Origin: Moniliella sp. 'wahieum'
Taxonomy: Eukaryota
DNA length: 64,000 nucleotides
NCBI GenBank assembly: GCA_003971905.1
Contig: RSEE01000022.1
Coordinates: 496,001-560,000 of the forward strand
Reading direction: 5' to 3'
The notes below the pieces were generated by a model. The model was not told the DNA's origin, made no database searches, and saw only the letters and a list, made by a program, of their open reading frames with translations. A program made the position numbers and the translations under genes. Positions 50,098 through 59,919 of the stretch are shown here, piece after piece; position 1 is the first letter of the stretch, and every line of letters begins with the position of its first letter.

Positions 50098-50286
50098 TTT
50101 GTCCAGGTTGGTGTGGTGAAGGGCCTGGAGGAGAGCTGTACAGGTCGGCTTGCTCAACCACCGAAGGCGCAGATGGCGAACGGGCAGTGTTGTGATACTT
50201 CGCACTATACCGCTGTTGGCCGCAGCCTTGCGCCACCACTCAGCCAGGGGGGCAGTATAACATGGGATAATTTTAGACTAGGTCAG

Positions 50287-50308
50287 TAGGGTTAGTACGG
50301 CAACCCTA
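50287..50308. promoter_or_regulatory. Inverted TAGGGTT-N8-AACCCTA motif in the RPL25/RPL17 bidirectional promoter
   Basis: Read directly; the same heptamer occurs upstream of RPP1 and RPS24. Confidence 0.6.
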
Positions 50309-50392
50309 CTGCACCGTTGTTTCCCGCCCTCCACCCTGGGCGACATTGTCTGCTCTGCCGCCCACCTGACCGTCACCGCCAAGCCGTTCGCC

Positions 50393-51133
50393 ATGGTTGT
50401 GCGTATACACTCCCATCCCTGCGTTGTTGGATGCCCGCCCCTTTTTCCCACTATGGCTAAGGCTGGCATACTGCGCGACGTGTTTTCGGGCAGTGACTTC
50501 GCCTTGTGGGGAAATGGCCAGGGCTAATGCAATGCCGTGCGGACCTGCTAACCTTCCTTACTTTAGCAATACGCTATCCGTGACTCGGACCTTGCCGAAA
50601 AGAGCGCCAAGCCGTGGGGACTACCTGCGTGTTCACTACAAGAACACGCGCGAGACCGCGGCCACGATCCAGGGCATGAAGCTCTCGAAGGCCTACTCCT
50701 TCCTCGCCGACGTGCAGGAGAAGAAGCAGTGCGTGCCATTCCGGCGGCACACAAGCACGTTGGCCGCACGGCGCAGGCCAAGCAGTGGGGGTCTGTTACC
50801 CAGGGTCGCTGGCCCACCAAGAGCGCCAAGTTCCTCGTCGCCCTGCTTAAGAACGCCGAGTCGAACGCCGACCAGAAGGGCCTGGAGGTGGAGAACCTGC
50901 TGATCAAGCACATCGTCATCCACCGTGCCCCGCACACCTACCGGCGCACCTACCGTGCCCACGGCCGCATCAACCCCTACAAGGGCTCCCCTTGCCACGT
51001 TGAGATCCACCTCGTTGAGCAGGGCTCGGCTGTGCCCAAGACGGTTGAGGTGGCGGCCCCCCGCCTTAACAAGCGCCAACTCGCCATTCGCCGCAACGCC
51101 GCCGCCCAGACCAAGGCTGTCGCTTCCGCCTAA
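50393..51133 (+). CDS. RPL17: 60S ribosomal protein L17 (uL22)
   Basis: [49 protein letters not shown]; intron 50399-50567; indels. Confidence 0.97.
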
Positions 51134-51807
51134 TGTGCCGCGCTTGCGCTTGTTCCCTTGCAATATGGTGGTTTGCCATCGCCCTCCTTCCCCCTCGTGA
51201 CGATCGCCTTGGTGCTTGTGGTTTGGCCCCCTTTGACGGTGCGGGGCCACTGTCATGATTCCGATTGCCTGCTCTCATGGCGGCTTTCCCTTCTGCACGT
51301 GTACTTCTGTACACATTGCTCCCGTCCAGCAATATTGCTGGGCGGAAACAAAATGTACGCATGGCCATATGTCCTCATCATCGTCCCTTTGATAGAGTCT
51401 TAGCTGCCCTTTGTCTGGTTGTGTCAAACCGGCCACGATGCTATTCGTATAGCCAGAGCTGTGGGTACACACATCCCTGCAACAACCTCCTTGTGGCTGT
51501 GAGCCACAAGGATGGTGCCTACTAAATCAATGAAGAACAACCCTTTTACCTGTTACAACCCTTTTAGGAGCATCGCAAGTGACATCCTACTCAAAACCTC
51601 AAGTCCCGAGGCGATGCGCTGTTTGTTTCCACCGAGAAGCCCTTCAAGCTCAGGATGAGGCATTTGTTTGGTGTTGCTGCCACTCTACGCTACTGCTGTT
51701 TCCACAACCACTTGCATACGCCGTTCCCAGTCCCAGATCAGGCCGGCCGGTGAAGGTTAAATTGAAATCCAACGACGCGTCAAGGGTTGCATATTGCACG
51801 TTCCGGT

Positions 51808-52896
51808 GTTGAACACGTTGAACAGATGAACTTCAAGCTTCAAGAGAAGCTTCAACGTCTTCAACGTTGAAGTGAATATTGAATATTGACTGCCGATCTC
51901 TACCAGATCTTGCAGAATGGTTTCATCACCATCAGGCGCTGAGCGCTGAGAGATGTTGGGAAAACACGACTGGCGTTGGGTCATGGTATTGGGGGTTGGG
52001 GGCTCAGGCTCAGCGTGGCTGGAACCAAGACGTTGTGCTGAACTGGGCCGCTGTGTCCCACCAGCCCCTATCTCAGCTAGCAGCACGGCGGGAGCTGGAC
52101 ACACCGACGAGCGGAGGACGCAAGATGGCGAAAGGCCGAGTGGGCGGAGGCCAGTCAGTACCAGCGAGAGGCGCCGAGAGACGCAGCATCCGCAGGCCTC
52201 AGGCGCGGGTCGGCGCCACCGGGCCGCAATAGGCCCATCGGGCGTGGCAGGCAGGGCGTGGCGACGTGGTAACAACATGAACCCCCGCCCCGCAGGCCAA
52301 ACGCGCGCCGTCTCAGCACGGCGGTCTCTGTCTGGCGCCGTGCGCTGCGCTGCGCGGCAGGCAGCCTGCCAGCGCGCAGCCCAGTCGAGGCACTGCAGGG
52401 CAGGCCGGGCATTGCCTGAAGCAGCCGCCGCCACTGCACCGCCCAGTGACGCTGGTGACGCCGGCCACACAGGTGCTCGCGCTCGTCTCTCCACAGACGC
52501 GCGCCGTGCTGCCATGCGGCGCTGGCTGGTGGCTTGGTGCGCGCTGCATGATGTATGGGACGCATGAGGCCAGTGTCCATCGCCATCGACCATCCTGCAA
52601 CCTCTCTCTAAGCTCTATGCTCGGTATATGCCGTGTTTGTCAGAGGGGACGGGGGCAGTGTGCTGCTCGCCCACAGGCTCAGAGCCTGCAGGGGCTGCAA
52701 GCCTCACGCGTCATGGCCACCGCGAGGCAAGGCACAAGGCACTGGCCACACGATGGATGATGCATCAGCACGACCGATGACTGATGACATGCATGATCTG
52801 GCCATTGCCATCCGCATCATCGTCATCAATGAGATCATCGATCCCCATCCTCAGCCGCGTACCACGTTCAACGTTCAACGTTCAACTCAACGTTCA
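51808..52896. repeat. Heptamer arrays upstream of the DUF1769-like gene
   Basis: TTCAAGCTTCAAG; TG(AATATTG)2A 51873-51889; GCGCTGAGCGCTGAG 51936-51950; CAACGTT run 52864-52896. Confidence 0.9.
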
Positions 52897-52996
52897 GCCC
52901 ACCCCCACCACCTCCACTTCCCCCACCTCCCCCACCTCCCCCGCCTTCCCTACTACCCCCACCTCCGCCTTTCGGCCCCCTGCTCTGCTGCCCACC

Positions 52997-55900
52997 ATGC
53001 CCGAAAAACTCGTCGTCATGGTCGGGCCAGACCGCTTCAATATGGAGGTCGCCCGCCTCAACGACGTCGAGCACCCGCACGAGATCCGATCCGAACACTT
53101 TGTCGGTCGCGTCCTTGTCCGCATCTTGGATGCTCCCGGTGGCCACCCTGGCGAGCCCGGGTACGAGTACTTTCGCGATCGTTCCCGCCGATTCGCCATC
53201 CAGATCGAAGGCCGCTTCACCCGCCCCTGGAGGGGCTCTGAGATTATCTTTGGCACCGACCTTGATCGCCTGATCGACTTTCCCCGCCGCCCCTTCAATG
53301 CTGGCATGGCCGTGGCCACATGATCGACCCCTGTGTGTACTACGAGGAGCATCCGCCTTCCGGGCGCCCGTTCATCATGTCACCCTACTGTGCTTGTATG
53401 AACACACTGTGTGCGTGGCCTGCCGCCCGCCCGTGCCCACGATGCTGTCGTTGTCCTCCAAAGCGCTGATACAACCTCAGGATCAGCCTCTAACACCCCT
53501 CTCGCCGCACCAGCATCGATTCTACCCAACCTACTGGAAGCAGCGCCATTTCTCTCGCTCCTCATGGCGAGACAGAGGTGCGTCTCGTCCTCATCCCGAT
53601 GAAGTGGACGGTGATGTGGTGCCTCTTCAAGCCTTGGATAGGAACACCATCGATGTTCCCAAGAAGAAGCGCGGCTGGTTCTCTTTGGGGGGATCGAAGG
53701 ACGAGCGCAGGACAAAAAGCTACTGGCGCTTCTTGGGTTTCATGCAAGACCCACGCGTCCGTGCTTATCTATCCGCCCACCACACCTCCTCGACGCTTGG
53801 GCTCATCAACCCAGCCACCACCTGCATCCCCACCCATCCTCCCGCCAGAAAGTCATCCTAGTGCCAGTGTCGGATCCCTGCAGCCAACGCAATCTTCTCT
53901 CTCCCCCCGTCTCATCGGGCCAGGTTGGTGACCAGCAGCGGCGTGTGTCCAGCCTTGGCGACTCGGATTCCGGACCAGCTGTTAATGTTGTGTCGGCAGC
54001 AGCACCTTCGGATGGCTCTCAGCCACTCGTATCAGTTCCTTCCGAGGACGCCAACTCGTCTCGTCTTCTCCAACAGCTTGGTTGGGCGCACACGAGGCGG
54101 GCGGACAAACGCCGGACCCAGTCAAGATGCTTTCCCGGTCGCAGAGTGAGCTGTACCGGCGCTTGTCCGCCTCGATAGGAACGGGGGGCAACAACACCTG
54201 CACGAGATTGATGAGGAAGAGCTGGATGCCTTTTGATGACCACTGCACCATCTACTCCTTTCCAATCGTTCGAAGACGTATCCCACATCCCCATGAAGCA
54301 ACCCACTTTACCAGAGGAACCAGGGGAAACCCCTCAGCACGTCTTCAGCCGCCGCCACTCCTACACCAACACAATGGCATCCTCTGTCACTGGCAACCCT
54401 TCTATTGATATACCCAAAGTACGACGAACCGCCCATTCCCGACCCGCTTCGTCCTCTCGACCCAGTCCTGTTGTACATATCGAAGAGCCCGGTGACCACG
54501 AGAAGACGGCACAGGAGAAGCGCAGAAAGCGCGGGTCCAAGATGATGCGTCGGCTTAGCATGGGAGGCAAAGACAAGGACAAGGACAGGACAAGGCAAGG
54601 ACAAGGATCATGACATGAGAAGCTCCGATCGCCTTCACGTTCGCGCGATCGCATGGGTATGGGCCGATCGTTCGATCTATCGCGCGGCATTTGGACCCCA
54701 GGCACTCTCCCGTTGCCCCCGCTGATGATCATGGAGATGAATTGGCCCAGATCTTGGAGCAACGCGATGCGCCCAACCCGGCTCGCAAGTCGATCACCCA
54801 ATCCTTGTCTTCATCGTTAGGATTCTCGCGTGTGCGAGGTTCGATGGACCTCCCTCGGCAGCCTAGTTTACCTCCCGGACAGGGGGCGCCCGGCCACTGT
54901 GGAGCGTGGAGCCGGGAGCAAGTGAAGGACCAAGTTCGTCGGTGCTTGACACTCTTGCTGTTCCCTCTATGACCAAGATGGAGCAAGCATCTCAATCGAA
55001 CTCAAACAGTTTGGCATGTCGGAGCCTGCTTCTGGTAAGGATTCCAAGGACAAGCGGTCGTCCTACACCGGCAACATATTGAAGCGAATGAACCCGCTCA
55101 ATCTGTTGAGCGGCGACAAGGATGGCAAGGATGGGAACGCGCATGAAACTTGGGGTCTTCTATTTCGGAGGCCACCACCTCGATGCAGGGGGAGGGAGAA
55201 AAGTCCGACTCGGGGCTGGATCGGATGATGAAGAGCAAGAACCATTCCAAGCGGCATTCGAAGTCTGGGCATACGCACGGATACGGCCCGCGCTGTTCAG
55301 CCAAAGATCAAGACCCTGTATCATCTCATCATCATCATCATCATCACCATGGTGATGGAGAGACTGATGAGATGCCTGGTTCAGAAGGGGAGGCCAATCC
55401 GCACCTCCATGAGCTCAAGAAGAGCGTGGGAGAAAACGCATCACGGGTGAGTTCACTGGCCCACAAGGTCGTCTTGCCTGGTCGATTGTTGGTGGACGGA
55501 GTGTCTTCGATTCCTGCACTCCCTCTCCCGCGATCTCAGGGCACTTCTCCTCATCCCGAGTCTGAGGGAACCGGAGGCCGTACGGGTCAAGCCCAAAAAT
55601 CGTCTCTCGATGGTGTTACAGAGGGAGCCCAAGGAGGCTAAAGACGACGCCACCGCCGAGCCTAAACGCCGCTTTTCGACTCGCCTTGGCCGACCCTCGC
55701 GTTCCAGCACAAACCCCAGGCGGTCTTTGTCGGTCGATTTGCGATTTCGGAAGCAGAGCCCGCGGCCTCAGTCTCCTCAGCCGCTATCTACATATTTGGG
55801 CCCCCCCAACCGACCTGCGCCGTTGAGCACGTCCCCTCTGCCTTTGGTCTCTGACGAGGGCAAACCCGACTCTACTCCTGCCGGATCTGAGGCGAGATCA

Positions 55901-57110
55901 TCGACCCTTCCATCTCCCCCACCTCCCTCGTCGCGTGCGGTTGCTGCTCCAACACCTCTACTTGTTCATCCTAAGCCCCGGCAGGCCCCTCTCCAGCTCG
56001 GGATCCACTCTGATGACGAGGACGAAGATCACTTGAACCCCTCGACTCCAGCCAGCTCACGAGGACATACCTTGCCTGCCCCCGGCTCTGACCGAGGCAA
56101 TCCCAACCTGCTTCGTCCACTGCGGAGACCACTTCCTTCAGCGCCCCACGTCGCCGCCTCGCATCTCTACTGAGCCTCCTCGTTCGGGCTCGGCCGCAGA
56201 GATCTACCATACTCACCCCTGGCTAACAGGGGGAAGCGAATTGCAACCAGTCACGTCGGGCCTGGTTCAAACGATGAAAGACGAGGCAAGGGTGATGGGA
56301 AGGAAGTCTTCCGCCTGGCCGATCGGGTGCCTCGGATCTTCTCGCAAACGCCAGTGTTGATGCACCAGCGGGTTCGGCGAACAGGACCAACAGCCTGCGA
56401 CATCGAACCATCGCACGCAGTCCTTCTGCCCCACCCTTTCGGCTTCGCGCCGCGAGGCAGCACGGACCCGGTACCGTCGACCGTGACTGCGCCGAAGCAT
56501 CCAGGCGCATCGCAGATCTCGCTGGGTCCACAGGGGAGTACGAGGAAGGCGGACCTAGCTAAGAGGAAGCCGACACAGCCGCCCAAGCCTTCGGTCGCAG
56601 AGCGCTTGGCCCACGAGTCGGCGGAAAACTGGCGCCCGACGTTGGATGGCGAGCTGGGACCGTGGCGGTTCACCGATCCATCGGTGGACATGATTGAGGA
56701 CAACACATTTGTCCTCCTCAATAAGTCGATGACGTTCCCGAGCGGAGGAAGTACTTTGGTTCCTTGCAGCATCAGGAAGAGTTTGTCTACGACCCGACGT
56801 GTGTATTCACTGCCTTCTTCTCAACATGATGGATGTACGTTGGCTTCCTCCCTGTTGGCGATGCATACCATACTGACTTTCCTTCCCTCTCCGTCACCAG
56901 TTCAATACGTTTGACTTGGCCATCGGGATCGTGCGGATGAACCTGCGCCGGTTTTTTGGTGCCGGGATGCCTATCCGGTACACCCTCCGTGCCAAAGAAG
57001 ACGAGGACATCTGCATGGCTACCATCTCTTTCCAGATCGTCAAGAAGACGATTGATCCCCTTTTTGTGGCGGTACCCTTCTCCTCCCCCTCGCTTCTCTC
57101 ACGCATGTGA
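52997..57110 (+). CDS. DUF1769-like protein with a very long low-complexity insertion; frameshifted
   Basis: N-half SEHFVGRVLVRI..YFRDRSRRFAIQIEGRF..IIFGTDLD..IDP..RPFIMSPY; C-half ERRKYF..FVYD..DFNTFDL..PIRYTLR; intron about 56836-56900. Confidence 0.7.
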
Positions 57111-58124
57111 TACGGCGCTAGTATCTGTCCTGAATCCCCCCTCATACCCTACCACACTCTTTTATTTCCTTCCGTTATTTCCTATTGGGCACTAGCCGCA
57201 CTCGCTTTGCCATCCCCAACTCGCCCTCACATTGGCAGATAGCTGCATTCCCTGACTTGAACTCCCCCTTTTGTGGTCATGCTCAGCGGGCTCTCCCTGC
57301 TTCTTGGCGTTTTCACCTCGTTTCCCTGTTCCCGAACTAATGATGTTTCCCTTTTAATCTGCACTTGCCTTTGCTAGTCTACCTCCTATGTGGGGTCTTG
57401 TATTTCCATGTCATTGCGGAAGCGACAGCGCATGGCACAACATACATGGCAACTTGGGATGACATCAATTAGTTGTTACGCTCGGGGCGCTTATAGAAGT
57501 TACCATATCACTAGTGCAAAGGACGGATGCATATGGCGTTGCCCAGTGAAGCAGACATCTGTGGCAGCGGCACGCCCTCCCTGCTCGCTCAGCGCGGGAG
57601 CCTTGGTGTATTGTTCTTAGAGGCGGGAACAGTGCTCGCTTACAATGCTGCTGATCGCCAAAGCAAACTGCAGTGTCCAAAGAGAAACGAGACTGTCTGC
57701 CTGCCTGCCCTTACAACGCAAGTTCCAGTGGCTCCAACTTCACCGTCCCACTACGATCCCCGGCCCAGAACTCCATAAGATGGGGCTCACCGTGGCCAAT
57801 CAAGAAATCCAACTACAGCCATACCTACCCAAAGAAAAGCCTAAGCAGGGGCTGGTTTCATTGCCATGATGAGAGTGCTTGCAAAGCGGGGGCGAGGGGA
57901 AAGCCGAGCGTGGCCACATAATGGGCAATAGGGTGGAAGAGGAAAGTCCAGCAACGCTATCGGACAAACAGAGGTCGTCCCCGCATAACAGCGGATAGAT
58001 TTTGGTGCTTCGTGGCCCGAGAAAACCCCAGGGAAAGAAGCATGGGGGTGACAAACAAGCGGAACAAGGAGGGGGTCCCATGACATGCCAATCACGGTCA
58101 TGGCGACAAGCCACAGTATTCCAT

Positions 58125-58677
58125 TTACTTCTTCTTGTTGTCCGATGCCTTGTTCTTGGCGGTGCCGAAGAACTTCTTGGCGCGGTTCTTGCGCTCCTTC
58201 CTGAGCTTGCGACCGGCGCCCTCAACCTTCTCGGCGAGACCCGAGCGGACGAGGCGGAACTTGGGCTCGAACTTCTTCTGGGCCTCGGCCGAGTCGTAGA
58301 TCAGAGCAAAGCCAGTGGTGCGGCCGCCACCAAAGTGGGTGCGCAGGCCAAAGGTGACCACCTGCTCAGCGGGCGCCTTGTACAGCGCGCCAAGCTTCTC
58401 CGACAGCTCAGCACGGCTCACGTTCGGGCGAGCGGGGTGGATGACCTCGAGGACGCACTGGCGGCGCTGGAGGAGAGCGTTACGCATAAACTTGCGCGTG
58501 CGCAGCGTCACTGGAGAGTTGGGGTCCTGGGAGCCCAAATTGTCAGTCATCCAATCCATCCTGCTGTCTCTGTGCGGAGCCGGGCAACAGATGGTCCGGG
58601 AACACGAGAGCATCGCGCACGCGACGTTCCGACATGGGTGCCCTCGACACAGACCGACCGGGCATGCAACGTACCAT
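58125..58677 (-). CDS. RPS24: 40S ribosomal protein S24 (eS24)
   Basis: ATG, intron 58527-58674, then [54 protein letters not shown]. Confidence 0.97.
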
Positions 58678-59036
58678 CTTGAGTGCTTGGTGGAGACAGG
58701 CCGGTGCTACGAGAGGCCGAAGCGGTGGCCATGCCTGGGCAAGTCTAGGGTTCAACGCTTATTCTAAAAAACTCGCCGCAGCGGCGCCAGGTTAGGGTTA
58801 CCCTACCGCCTGCTGTCACATGTTAAGTTTCCCAATACGTCGTCTCGCGCATCAACCATCGGCTCACGTGATGCGTGCACGTGATCCAACGCTACAAATA
58901 CAGGATGCAGGCATGGTGGCAATGTCCTTGTCCCTGCCACAGCAATCTAGCTGCCGCCATTCACATCACTAGTCATTGCCCAGCCGCTCAACCTCGCGCT
59001 TTCATCCCGGTATGGTACAAATGGACCCACAAAGGG

Positions 59037-59837
59037 CTAGACAACTTGACACCTTCTCCGCCCGACAAGCCCTGATCGGTAAAAAATCTGCGCACGCCCC
59101 GTTTAGTCAAGTCGTTCAGTGCGGCGCGCAGCAGCGGCAGGGGAAGGTTGCGATGTTCTGTGAGCAGCCAAGCAGTCAGTACGGATGAGCCAGCAGATGA
59201 TGAGGGCACAACGGCGGCTTTGGACTTACCAGTGGTCTGGACATGTGGCCCCTCCGTGAGCTCAAAAGAGTCATGATCGACTTGTTTTGGCCAGTTTCCT
59301 TTACCTGCCAGAGCGAGACCAAGCGAAGCGGGTCAGCAACAAGGGTAGAAAATGGTAGCAGTGACAGAAGACGTACCCAGTTGTAGATGATCTCCCCCCA
59401 CTCTTCTGGTCGCGCCAGAAGATCCAGAAGCGGGTAGCATCGTCCTTGGCCTTCTTTCCGGTAAGTATCGGGCCGCGGCCGTCATCCCACGCCGCCCGAC
59501 CTGACTGAACCAGATGGGCAGCAATGACGCGGGCAAAGGCCGGGTTAATACGGCGGTTGATGGCCTGGTTGAAGAACAAGTCCGATCCAAGTGTCAGACC
59601 GCCTTGTCGTTGTTCGTTTTCAGCAGGAGGTGCCTCGGTCAAGTCCACGTAAAAGGCGCGGTGCTGTCGCGCATAACTCAAGATCAAGTTGGTCCAGGCA
59701 TCGAGTTGAGCGCTCGCCGTTTCAACGTGGGGCTGAGGAGTGAAGAAAGGAGGGAAAGAGTAGAGGCTGGGCCAGACAAAGCTCGGTGGGCCGGTGGGGG
59801 CGGCAACACGCGGAAAAGCAACAGATGGTTGGGACAT
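59037..59837 (-). CDS. VPS25: ESCRT-II subunit Vps25
   Basis: FVWPSLYSFPPFFTPQP..QLDAWTNLILSY; LFFNQAINRR; WIFWR; C-term GEGVK; two introns. Confidence 0.92.
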
Positions 59838-59919
59838 CCGAATCGTAAGCTGATCAGGGATGGGAGCAGGTGGGAACCCGAGTGCGGCTCTGCGACGGGG
59901 GATGAGAGTAGAGCAATGG

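Noticed and set aside
51757..52600. 278-aa and 204-aa ORFs between RPL17 and the DUF1769-like gene
   Set aside because: GC-rich spurious ORFs overlapping the heptamer-array region; no motifs.
57771..57792. RNase MRP CR-V-like ATGGGGCTCAC
   Set aside because: No matching CR-I (GAAAGTCCCC) partner found upstream.
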